Origin: an uncultured Planctomycetota bacterium
GTDB lineage: Bacteria > Planctomycetota > PUPC01 > DSUN01
Reading direction: 5' to 3'
DNA: 32,592 bases
Assembly: GCA_964470215.1 (NCBI GenBank)
Contig: CAYYCI010000001.1
Span: 1 to 32,592, forward strand
Shown: positions 17,160 to 25,669 of the stretch, in pieces
Layout of the letters: each line of letters opens with the position of its first letter
Position numbering within the stretch: position 1 is the first letter of the stretch
Notes under the pieces: generated by a model
Seen by the model: the letters and a program-made list of their open reading frames with translations, nothing else
Database searches by the model: none
Told to the model about the DNA's origin: nothing
Made by a program: the position numbers and the translations under genes

Positions 17160-18454
17160 AGCGGCTTCGCCTCACTCAGCGCCTTGCGCCGCTGGCGTTC
17201 CACGGGGCAATAGTCGTAGCACCGCCCGCAAGCCACACAAAGCGCGCGGTCGGCCTCGTAGTCGGCGCGCGTCCGCCACACCGAGAGGGCCAGGAGTTTC
17301 ACCCCGACCACGAGGCCCATCCAGGCGCCGAAGAGCCTTCCGCCGAGGGCGAACTGGCGCCTGAGCGCCAGCGCATCGGCGTAGAGTTCCTCGGGCGGGC
17401 GGCCTGTCTCGCGGAATGCCTCGCTTGCGTCGGTCGTGTCCTCGACCTCGCCCTCTTCCTCCAGGCGCACCCGCTCGGCCAGCGCGACAGTGGCATGAAG
17501 TTTCGAGAACGGGGTGCCAAGCGCACCCCCGCCCCACGCTCCCAGACCCACCAACACCGGCGCCAGAGCCAACAAGTAGGCGAGGCGACGCCGGCCAGCC
17601 AGGCGCTGACGCCTGGTCGGGGGTTCCACCGGAGCGCGCAGCGCCCCAAAGGGACACGAGTCCTCGCACAGACGACACCTCACGCATTCATCGGGCGTGA
17701 TCGTCACCCGCCGGCTCGACACCCGCGAGAGCCAGGAGAGCAGCACGCCATAGGGACAGAAGAAGCGGCAGTAGGGCCTCCCGACGAAAAGCGCGATCAC
17801 CAGGACGCAAGCGCCGAAAAGCACCATGTTGAGCGAGCCGCTCAGGCGGAAGAACCCGACGAACGGGTCGTAGCGACAGATGAGAAAAGCCGCGCCGGTC
17901 GCCGCGAAGACCACCGTGGCTCCCAGATAGGCGTAGGCCAGCAGGCGCAGCGCCTCCTCCAACCACCCCGGCACCCTCACGGGCCGGATGAGAACCAGGT
18001 CCTGGAGCGCCCCGAGCGGGCAAACCGACGAGCAAAACACCCGCCCGAAGACCAAAGCGAAAAAAAGCGGTAAGAGGAAGAAAAGCAAAACGGTGAGCGG
18101 AATCGCATAGGTGGGCTGGAAGATGGCCAGCACGACATTCTGCACCGCCCCCACGGGACATATGCACCCGCCCCTGACGAACCCGAAATAGAAGAGCGAG
18201 GCAACGGCGAGGGCGAAGAGCGCCCGCCGCGAACGCAGGCGAAAGGCGAAGTATGACGCCAGGCCAAGCGCCACGACCAAAAGCCCAACGTCCAGCCACT
18301 CGAGGGCCGCTGCCCGTGGCGGCGGATGTTCGGTTTTCGGCAACTCGTAGCCGGAGGTGAATTCGGGAGTGGGGAAGCGCTCGGCCGCTAACGCCCCGGG
18401 ACAAACAGCGGCCATCCCGACCAGGATCGCTAGCGTGGCGGCCAGTCTTCTCAA
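17156..18454 (-). CDS. NapH/NosR/MauN-like integral-membrane polyferredoxin
   Basis: Signal/TM segments. Two CX3CP motifs (GRVFCSSVCPLG, GRPYCRFFCPYG). Two CX2CX2CX3CP clusters (CVRCRLCEDSCP, CVACGRCYDYCP). The TTG start overlaps the upstream stop (TTGA at 18451-18454). Confidence 0.8.
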   Translation of the reverse strand: MRRLAATLAILVGMAAVCPGALAAERFPTPEFTSGYELPKTEHPPPRAAALEWLDVGLLVVALGLASYFAFRLRSRRALFALAVASLFYFGFVRGGCICPVGAVQNVVLAIFQPTYAIPLTVLLFFLLPLFFALVFGRVFCSSVCPLGALQDLVLIRPVRVPGWLEEALRLLAYAYLGATVVFAATGAAFLICRYDPFVGFFRLSGSLNMVLFGACVLVIALFVGRPYCRFFCPYGVLLSWLSRVSSRRVTITPDECVRCRLCEDSCPFGALRAPVEPPTRRQRLAGRRRLAYLLALAPVLVGLGAWGGGALGTPFSKLHATVALAERVRLEEEGEVEDTTDASEAFRETGRPPEELYADALALRRQFALGGRLFGAWMGLVVGVKLLALSVWRTRADYEADRALCVACGRCYDYCPVERQRRKALSEAKPL

Positions 18455-19047
18455 TCCCCCTCCTCTTCCTCGAGGGCCGGAGAATAGCCGAAATGCTTCG
18501 GATAGATGTAGGGGTGCTCAGCGGGCACGCGCACGAACGCCTCGGCGGGACACGCCACCGCGATCGAACATTCGTTACAGTTCACGCACAGGTTGTGGCG
18601 AACCTGGAGGAACAGCGACCCATTCCCGAACGCCACGCATCCCTCCACACACTTCGCACACCCGATGCAGAGGTCCTCGTCTATGCGATACTCGTAGAAG
18701 GGGTCCTCGACGAACGTGCGGACGATCGCGCCGACGGGGCAGTTCTGGTTCTCGGCCCCGGTGTTCAGTTCGATTGGTTCCGGCTCGAAGTAGCCGGTGC
18801 AAAGTTCGCAGTAGCCACAGAGAGCGTAGGCGTGGACACACTTGACCGCCGAGGGCTTCAGGACGCAGTAGGTGGCGCAGTTCCCGCAGCGGGTGCACTT
18901 GTTGGGGTCGAGTTGCCAGACGAGGCCGTCGCCCCGGCTCCTGGTGGCCAGGACGCCCGCGGCGGCTCCGAGGCCCAGCAACGACGCCCCGCGCAGGCCG
19001 CTGCGCAGGAACTCGCGTCGGTCCATCGGCTTTTCCTTCTCGTTCAT
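18451..19047 (-). CDS. Tat-exported 4x[4Fe-4S] ferredoxin (NapG/NrfC-like)
   Basis: Trimmed to ATG 19047 (AGGAAG SD). Twin-arginine motif DRREFLRSG. Cluster motifs CTRCGNCATYC, CGYCELC...NCP, CIGCAKCVEGC, CVNCNECSIAVACP. Confidence 0.85.
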   Translation of the reverse strand: MNEKEKPMDRREFLRSGLRGASLLGLGAAAGVLATRSRGDGLVWQLDPNKCTRCGNCATYCVLKPSAVKCVHAYALCGYCELCTGYFEPEPIELNTGAENQNCPVGAIVRTFVEDPFYEYRIDEDLCIGCAKCVEGCVAFGNGSLFLQVRHNLCVNCNECSIAVACPAEAFVRVPAEHPYIYPKHFGYSPALEEEEGD

Positions 19048-19244
19048 CGCCACTTCCTGGCCCCGGGCAAATCGCACTCTGGCCAGAGCGGGCAGCCGCG
19101 GCAGCGGTAGGCGCGCTTGCAAGCCTCGGGGTCGGCCAGCGCTCTGACTGCCAGTCGCCCACCGAGACCCGCCAGCGCCCCGATAGCACACCACCGGGCG
19201 AGCCTCGCCATCGCCTCGCGGCGTTCCTCTCCGCGCTCGTTCAT
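19044..19244 (-). CDS. Small (66 aa) single-TM Cys-rich protein (CX5CX2CX5C)
   Basis: ATGA overlap with the upstream gene (19241-19244) and the downstream gene (19044-19047). GGAG lies 6 nt before the ATG. Hydrophobic helix WCAIGALAGLGGRLAV followed by CKRAYRCRGCPLWPEC. Confidence 0.6.
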   Translation of the reverse strand: MNERGEERREAMARLARWCAIGALAGLGGRLAVRALADPEACKRAYRCRGCPLWPECDLPGARKWR

Positions 19245-20233
19245 CTGGCGCTCCGCTCGAAGACCCGGATGGTCGAGGTCTCAGGGTCCAGCACGTAGAC
19301 CCTCCCGTCGGGGTCGGTCGCCAGGTCGAGGTCCACTGCGTCCTTGTCGAAGACCCCCGGCGGCGCGACCACCTCGACGACCTTCCCCTCCAGGTCGCAG
19401 ACCTTCACCCTCGGGATGCCCTTCTCGCTCGTGACGAAGAGGCCCTCCCTCAAGATGGCGAGGTTCGTGGGGTTGCAACACCCACAGAAGCCCTCGATCC
19501 CGAAGCCGCGCTTGCCCCAATGGACCTCCAGGTCGCCATCGAAGGTGTAGCCCTCGACCCTGAAGCGCCCGCAGTTGGTCACCCAGAGCAGGCCCTCCGG
19601 CCCGACCGCCAGGTCGCCGTGGAGGCTGGGGAAGACCAGGCCCGGGATGTTGCGCTCGGAGTCCTTCCTGCCGATGCGCTTGAGCAGTTTCCCGGAGCGG
19701 TCGTAGCGATAAACCACCGCCGCCCCCGGGTCAATTGCGAAGACGTTCTCCTCGGCCAGTGCGATGCCGGTGATGAAGGCATCCTTGTCGGGCGGCTTCC
19801 ACGATGCCTTCAGTTTCCCCTTGGGGTCGTAGACCTCGATGTGGTCGAAGACGCCGACGAAGAGCGTCCGATCGGCGTCCACGGCCACGCAGCGGGCCCG
19901 CCCCCTGGTGGCGATGTCGGAGAGGACGGCGCCGCTGGCGTCCAGGATGCGCACCTTGCCGTCGGCGGCCACGTAGAGGCGCCCGGCGCCGTCGCGCGCG
20001 AGGCCGCCCACGTCGTCCAGGCCGACCGGGATGCTGCGCACCTGGCGATACTTCACCAGGGCCGGGTCCACTTTGCGAAACGCGCTCACGTCGTAGGTGA
20101 AGTCCTTGCCCAGGCCGCTGCCGGCGGTGCCGCGTGTGTCGGTCCGGAACACCACCACGATGGCCACCGCAGCCGCTGCGACGATCGCCACGGCGATCAG
20201 AAGTGCAACGAAAGAAAAGCCGCCTCGTCTCAT
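19241..20233 (-). CDS. Membrane-anchored NHL-repeat beta-propeller protein
   Basis: N-terminal TM FSFVALLIAVAIVAAAAVAIVVVF. Repeated NHL-like blades (GRLYVAD..., TLFVGV..., NVFAIDPG..., GLLWVTN..., GLFVTS..., GRVYVLDP). Unusual FCGCCNP motif. Confidence 0.75.
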   Translation of the reverse strand: MRRGGFSFVALLIAVAIVAAAAVAIVVVFRTDTRGTAGSGLGKDFTYDVSAFRKVDPALVKYRQVRSIPVGLDDVGGLARDGAGRLYVAADGKVRILDASGAVLSDIATRGRARCVAVDADRTLFVGVFDHIEVYDPKGKLKASWKPPDKDAFITGIALAEENVFAIDPGAAVVYRYDRSGKLLKRIGRKDSERNIPGLVFPSLHGDLAVGPEGLLWVTNCGRFRVEGYTFDGDLEVHWGKRGFGIEGFCGCCNPTNLAILREGLFVTSEKGIPRVKVCDLEGKVVEVVAPPGVFDKDAVDLDLATDPDGRVYVLDPETSTIRVFERSAR

Positions 20234-20234
20234 C

Positions 20235-21638
20235 TCAATGTTTGCCCACGTCGAGACAGACCATACGCTCGGTGTCGCGGACGATCAACCTTCCCGCCAC
20301 CAAGGTCATCGGAGCCCAACTCTCCCGGCCATCGAGCACCCTGGCCTGGGCCAGGACCTTGAATCCCGCCGGGCTGGCCTCGGCCAGGGTCAGCGTCCCG
20401 GTGTCGTTCATCACGTAGAGGAGCCCCTGATCCGAGACAAGGTAAGGTCCGAGACCGAAGCGGTGTGCCGCGCCGCTCTTCCACACGACTTTGCCGTCCG
20501 GCGTGGCACACGCCAACTGGCCATCGGCACACACCGCGTAGAGATGTCCCTGGTAGAGGATGGGGGTGTGTTGGGGGGAGTCGAAAACCTTGGCCTTCAG
20601 CCGAAGGAGCGGCCTGGCCTCGATCTTCCCATCCTTCTCCTCCAACTGGAGGATCATGCTCCCGGCGTTGTAGCCCCCGGTGAGGAAAATCCGGCCGTTG
20701 CCCAGCGGCACCGGCGATGGGACGTTCGCGATGCTGATCCGCCATTCGGGCGTCTTCCACAGCAGCGAGCCATCCCGGGCGTCCACCCCCACGACCCCGC
20801 CGCTCGCGCAGTAAACGAACATCCGCTTGCCGGCGAACTCCATCGGCATCACCGAAGAGTGAGTCATCCGCCAGCGGTCGGGGTTCGGAGTCTTCCAGAG
20901 GACTTTTCCCGTGTTGCAGTCCACGGCCATCAGGAGCGCGTCCGGCCCGCCGGGCGCCAGGATCAGGCGCTCGCCGTCAATGAGCGGACACTGCCCCGCG
21001 TACCACGGCGGCACCCTAGCCCCGAAGTCCCTCACGAGGTCAACGATCGGGAATCGGGGCTGCCCCGTCTCGGCGTCCAGACAGGCGACGTGGCACTTCG
21101 GCCCGAGGGTCGCAACGTGCTTGTCGGTCACAGCGGGGAGGGTCCGCGACATCCCGTGGTTGCGCTTGACCTCGACCGGATAGGAGAAATGCCAGATTTC
21201 CTGTCCGTCGGCCAGGGAGAGGCAACGCAGGGTGTCGGCCTTGGCCTCGTGGTCGTAGTCGAGGACGTAGGCCCTCCCCTTGTGGACGACTGCTCCGGCG
21301 TAGCCCTCGCCGAGTTGGCGCGACCAGAGCGCCGGCGGCCCGCCCTCGCCCCACGAGCGGGCCAGTGGGGTGGGGTCGCGACAGATGTTGTCGAAGTTCG
21401 GCCCGCGAAACCTCGGCCACGAGCCCGCTATGTCCGCCGCCTGAGCGACGCCGTGGACCACCATCCCCGTCAACTTCACCGGCCGCTCGACCGTCGCTCT
21501 GGCGCTTCGGCGGTCGGTGCCAGGCAGCCTCGCCTGTAGGTCGGCAGCCGGGCTGCTGGTGAGCCACAACATGGCCGCGAGGCCGAGCCCCACGGCCACC
21601 ATCGCAGGCACCGCAGCGGGCAGAAGGCGTTCTCTCAC
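20235..21638 (-). CDS. Membrane-anchored/secreted PQQ-like (BamB-like) beta-propeller repeat protein
   Basis: GTG start with GGGAAG SD, N-terminal hydrophobic segment, WPRFRGPNFDN, repeated blades (GRAYVLD, GQEIWH, GKVLWKT, GSLLWKT, GKVVWKS). The stop lies 1 nt before the next start. Confidence 0.8.
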   Translation of the reverse strand: MRERLLPAAVPAMVAVGLGLAAMLWLTSSPAADLQARLPGTDRRSARATVERPVKLTGMVVHGVAQAADIAGSWPRFRGPNFDNICRDPTPLARSWGEGGPPALWSRQLGEGYAGAVVHKGRAYVLDYDHEAKADTLRCLSLADGQEIWHFSYPVEVKRNHGMSRTLPAVTDKHVATLGPKCHVACLDAETGQPRFPIVDLVRDFGARVPPWYAGQCPLIDGERLILAPGGPDALLMAVDCNTGKVLWKTPNPDRWRMTHSSVMPMEFAGKRMFVYCASGGVVGVDARDGSLLWKTPEWRISIANVPSPVPLGNGRIFLTGGYNAGSMILQLEEKDGKIEARPLLRLKAKVFDSPQHTPILYQGHLYAVCADGQLACATPDGKVVWKSGAAHRFGLGPYLVSDQGLLYVMNDTGTLTLAEASPAGFKVLAQARVLDGRESWAPMTLVAGRLIVRDTERMVCLDVGKH

Positions 21639-21667
21639 AACGACTTCCCTGCCGTTCGTCCCCCCAC

Positions 21668-21705
21668 CTATTTTACTCTTTTCGCACTATTTTACTCTTT
21701 TCGCA
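21668..21705. repeat. Perfect 19-bp tandem duplication (CTATTTTACTCTTTTCGCA x2) spanning the permease stop codon
   Basis: Units at 21668-21686 and 21687-21705 are identical. Unit 2 encodes the last permease codons plus TAA, and unit 1 is a non-coding copy. This is an AT-rich island in GC-rich DNA. Confidence 0.9.
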
Positions 21706-24700
21706 GCGCGGGGAGAAGCGAGCCCGCCAGCGCCGCGGCGGCGGCCAGAAGCGTCCAGGCCAGGCCCCCGGCGACGATTGCCGCCAGAGTGAGGGCGAGC
21801 GAGGCGTAGGGGACATCCGCCCCCGGCGACCTGAGGGCCGGCACGACCGCCACCAGCGCGGCCACCACCCCGCAGGCCAGGCCCATCGCCAGGAGGCCCC
21901 AGTGTTCGCTCAGGACCATCCACTGGATGCGGGACCGCCGGAAGCCCACCGCGCGAAGCAGCGCGAGTTCCGCCCGGCGCTCGAGGACATTTCGCATCAC
22001 CACCACCGCCAGGCCGATGCTCCCAAGTACCAGTCCCAGACCTCCGAGGATCTGGAAGATCGAGAGGTAGGTGTTCTCGACCGTGGTGAACTCGGCCAGG
22101 CGGAGCGGGGCCGGGGTTGCCTCGAAGCCCACATCGCCGAGCGCCGCCATCAGCGTCTTGCCCACCTGGTCGGCTCGCCCCCAGGGGGCGTCAATCAGGA
22201 ACATCCGGTAGCCTTCCGCCGAGGGGAAAAGTTCCACGAACCGCTCCTCGGCAATGAGGAGATTCCCCTGGAGCACCGAGTTGGCGAGGACGCCGACCAA
22301 CCTGATCTTGAAGGGCCGCCCTCGGTCGTCGGTGTAGTCGAGTGTGTCGCCGACCTTCTTCGCCAGTCCCCAGGTAACCGTGGCGTCGTCGCCGACGGCA
22401 GGCACCACCCCGGGGCCGAGGTCCTTGCGTAGTAGAGACCACGGCTGGTCGGTCTCCTCGATTGTCTTGACGAAAGTGAATGCCTTGCGGGAGGCCAGCG
22501 CGTCGGGCTGGACGCCCAGGAGGGTCGGGCGTTGGGCACGGTTGAGGTTCAGGCAACTGGCGTCGTCGCCCTCCCGGACCCGCAACGCCACGACCTGCAC
22601 TCCCTCGAGTTCCTTTTCCTCGAGGCCATAGAGCTCTCGGCCCCTGGTCGTGTTGAGATCCTCGAAGATGGGAATGGTCGAGCGCCCGACGAGCCCGAAG
22701 CCGCCAGTGCCCGAACTCCGCTCGCGGGCAGCGAGCCACGGGTCCTTGCGGTTCGCCCCGACGGCCACGACGAGGAAACTCCCGCAGGCCAGAAGCCCGA
22801 CGACCCCCAGGCTCCTGCCCCTTCTCCTGGCGGCATTTCGCCAGCCGAGCGCAGCGAGGGAGCGGCTCGGCTGTGGCCTCGGCCTGAGCGCCGCGACCAG
22901 GAGTCCTCGGCTGAGCAGGATGCCCCCGACGAGCAGGAGCGCCCCGGCCCCGAAGAAACCCGCGGCGGCCGCCTGGTCGCGCCTCGGGCCGAGGGCGACC
23001 ACGATGACAACCGCCCCGAGGATGAAGGCCAGGCCGAGCCAGGTCAAGAAGCGTCGGCTCGGTCGCGGCGCCACTGCCGCCCCGCCTTCGGCCAGGGCGA
23101 GGAGTTCGCGCGGTGGCCGGCGAACCTGGCGTCGCAGGGTCAGCCACATCGCCACCAGCGCGACGACGAACGCCGCCCCAGCGCCGATTGCCAGCGACGA
23201 CGGATTGACGTGGTAGAGGATGACGCTTCGCGCAATCGCTCCCCGCCACACGGTCGCGAGGAGATGGAGGACGAGACGGGTGTAGCCGGTCCCGGCGGCC
23301 GAGCCAATGACTGAGCCGAGGAAGGCGAGCGTGGCGCCCTCGGTCACGAGCAGGCGCCCCACCTGGCGCGGGCGGAGGCCCAACGCGAGGAGAGTGCCCA
23401 CCTCCTCCCTGCGCTGCTCGACCCCGAAGACGAAAAGGAGCGCGGTCAGGAGCACAGCGGCGGCGATGAGGAAGAAACTCAAGCCGATGAAGAGTTGGCC
23501 GAAGTCGAGGGCCTGGCCGCTGGCGGCAAGGGCCAGTTCTCGCACTGGGCGGAAGAAAAGCCCCAGCGCGGCGGGCTCGAGCCTCGCGCGCATGGCCGAG
23601 GCCAGTGAGGCGGCCGAATTGCCCGCCAGAGGATAACGGACCGCCGTCAGATTCCCGAAGCGGTTGTTCCAGAGTCGGCGTCCGGTGGCCAGCGCGATGA
23701 ACGCCTTCGGGGTGCCGCGGTGAGCGTCCCAGTAGTCCTCGTCCTTCTTGCGAATGCGCGAGAGGTCAATGGGGATGCCGGGCCGCCAGTCGCGGCAGTT
23801 TTCGACCTCGGCGATCCCGGGGAACTCCGGCATCAGCGACCCGTCCGCGGCCACTCCCGTGAGCGGCACGACCGTCCGGACGGTGAAGCCGGCCTGGCGC
23901 TCGACCAGTCGGCGCATCGGGCCGACGATGTAGTAGGACATCGTCAGGCGGTCGCCGGGCTTCGCGCCCAGGTCGTCGGCCAGCCACTGGTTGATCACCA
24001 CCTGGTCGCCGGCGAGGTCGGGCGGCAGTGGAGGGAGATCGAGTCTCGCGCGGTCGAGCCGGCCAATCGCGCTGACCATCGCGTAGGGGGTCGTTCGCTC
24101 GGCGACCTTCAGTTCGTTGACGAAATAAGTCAGGACGCCCACCGCGCCCGGGATTGCGTTGGCCGCTTCGGCCACGGGCGGCTCGAGGAAGATGCGCTCG
24201 GAGCGCAACTCCAGGCAGCCTGGGCCTTCCAGTTTCCTGACCTCCAGCCCTGCGTCGGAGAGGCTCCAGTGTTCTTCCAGCCGGGCGTTTGCCTCGTCGG
24301 CGGACAGGGTGGTGAGCAAGAGGTTGGCTTTGCCCGCCAGGCCGACCTTTCGCTGGAGATAGCCGAGCGAGAGGAAGGCGTTGTTGGGCGGCAGTTGGTT
24401 GGCCCCGAGGCCGAATCTCCCGAAGGCCTCGTCATCCACGATGGCGGCGACGTCGAGCCTGAGGGCGATGGCGTAATCGGCCGAGACCGACAGCGGCGCG
24501 TCGCGCGAGACCACGCTCGGTTTGTTGAAGCGAAGGACAACCTGGTCGCCGGGACCGACGCCCAGTTGCCTGGCGAGTTTGGCGTTGAGCGCCACCTGGT
24601 CGTCGCCGAGGTCGAGGGCTGGGGGCTCGGAGGCCAGCGACCAGAAGCGGCGGTCAACGCCGAGGACCTGGACGTCGTTCGCTCGCGCGGCTCCGTCGCC

Positions 24701-24973
24701 TCTGACGGCCAGGCCGCTGAGGCGGAGGGCTGGCGCGGCCCCGTCGAGGTGCGAGGCGAGGGCCTCGCGAAAGAACCGTCCGCCGGTGTCCATCGCCGAG
24801 ACGGTCTTGCCCAGTCGCACGAGGGCGAAATGGCGCAGGGAAAAGCGAACCGAGTCGCCGACGGCCAGGGCTCCGACCAGGACGGCCGCGCCGACCGCCG
24901 AGCCGAGGACGACGCCGAGATGGGTGCGCCAGTAGTGGCGAAGGCTGCGCAGGACGAGGGTGGCGCCGCTCAT
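21692..24973 (-). CDS. ABC transporter permease with two FtsX domains and large extracytoplasmic domains (MacB/YbbP-like, 1093 aa)
   Basis: Two FtsX-type C-terminal 3-TM blocks (...LLFVFGVEQRREEVGTLLALGLRPRQV... and ...VVVMRNVLERRAELALLRAVGFRRSRI...). ATGA overlap with the ATPase gene at 24970-24973. Confidence 0.85.
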   Translation of the reverse strand: MSGATLVLRSLRHYWRTHLGVVLGSAVGAAVLVGALAVGDSVRFSLRHFALVRLGKTVSAMDTGGRFFREALASHLDGAAPALRLSGLAVRGDGAARANDVQVLGVDRRFWSLASEPPALDLGDDQVALNAKLARQLGVGPGDQVVLRFNKPSVVSRDAPLSVSADYAIALRLDVAAIVDDEAFGRFGLGANQLPPNNAFLSLGYLQRKVGLAGKANLLLTTLSADEANARLEEHWSLSDAGLEVRKLEGPGCLELRSERIFLEPPVAEAANAIPGAVGVLTYFVNELKVAERTTPYAMVSAIGRLDRARLDLPPLPPDLAGDQVVINQWLADDLGAKPGDRLTMSYYIVGPMRRLVERQAGFTVRTVVPLTGVAADGSLMPEFPGIAEVENCRDWRPGIPIDLSRIRKKDEDYWDAHRGTPKAFIALATGRRLWNNRFGNLTAVRYPLAGNSAASLASAMRARLEPAALGLFFRPVRELALAASGQALDFGQLFIGLSFFLIAAAVLLTALLFVFGVEQRREEVGTLLALGLRPRQVGRLLVTEGATLAFLGSVIGSAAGTGYTRLVLHLLATVWRGAIARSVILYHVNPSSLAIGAGAAFVVALVAMWLTLRRQVRRPPRELLALAEGGAAVAPRPSRRFLTWLGLAFILGAVVIVVALGPRRDQAAAAGFFGAGALLLVGGILLSRGLLVAALRPRPQPSRSLAALGWRNAARRRGRSLGVVGLLACGSFLVVAVGANRKDPWLAARERSSGTGGFGLVGRSTIPIFEDLNTTRGRELYGLEEKELEGVQVVALRVREGDDASCLNLNRAQRPTLLGVQPDALASRKAFTFVKTIEETDQPWSLLRKDLGPGVVPAVGDDATVTWGLAKKVGDTLDYTDDRGRPFKIRLVGVLANSVLQGNLLIAEERFVELFPSAEGYRMFLIDAPWGRADQVGKTLMAALGDVGFEATPAPLRLAEFTTVENTYLSIFQILGGLGLVLGSIGLAVVVMRNVLERRAELALLRAVGFRRSRIQWMVLSEHWGLLAMGLACGVVAALVAVVPALRSPGADVPYASLALTLAAIVAGGLAWTLLAAAAALAGSLLPALRKE

Positions 24974-25665
24974 GGCGTCTCTCCCGCCGGCACGAGCGCG
25001 CCGTCGCGGAGTTCGAGCACGCGCCCCATCCGCTCGGCCAGATGCACGGCATGGGTGACCATCACGAGCGTGACGCCCTCCTCGCGGTTGAGTTCGGCGA
25101 GGAGTTCGGCGAGGTTCTCGGCCGAGGCGCGGTCGAGCGAGCCGGTCGGCTCATCGGCCAGGAGGAGCCTCGGGCTGTTGATCAGGGCGCGGACCACGGC
25201 CACGCGCTGCCGCTCACCCCCGGAGAGTTGGCCGGGGAAGTAGTGGAGGCGGTCGGCGAGGCCGACGCGCTCGAGGAGCGCCCGCGCGCGCTCCTCGGCC
25301 TCCGGTTCCCCGCCCCCGGCCAGCGTGGGCACGAGGACGTTCTCGAGGACGGTGCACTGGGGCAGGAGGTGGTGGAGTTGGAAGACGAAGCCGATGAGGC
25401 GATTCCGCACCTTGGCCAGTTCGGGGTCGTCGAGGGTGGCCAGGTCGTGGCCATCGAGGACGACGGTCCCCGAGGTCGGGCGGTCGAGCGCGCCGATGAT
25501 GTTCAGGAGCGTGCTCTTGCCGGAACCCGAAGGCCCGACGACCGCCAGCGACTCTCCCGCCTCGACCCTCAGCGAGACGCCTCGCAGGACGGTCGTCGGC
25601 GGCCCGCCGCCTGGGTCTTCGTAGGTCTTGGCCACGTCGGTGAGTTCAAGCAGGGGTTCGCTCAT
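24970..25665 (-). CDS. ABC transporter ATP-binding protein (LolD/MacB-type)
   Basis: Trimmed to ATG 25665 (GGGAGGTGA SD). Walker A GPSGSGKST, signature LSGGERQRV, Walker B LLLADEPTGSLD, H-loop VTHA. Confidence 0.9.
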   Translation of the reverse strand: MSEPLLELTDVAKTYEDPGGGPPTTVLRGVSLRVEAGESLAVVGPSGSGKSTLLNIIGALDRPTSGTVVLDGHDLATLDDPELAKVRNRLIGFVFQLHHLLPQCTVLENVLVPTLAGGGEPEAEERARALLERVGLADRLHYFPGQLSGGERQRVAVVRALINSPRLLLADEPTGSLDRASAENLAELLAELNREEGVTLVMVTHAVHLAERMGRVLELRDGALVPAGETP

Positions 25666-25669
25666 CGGG

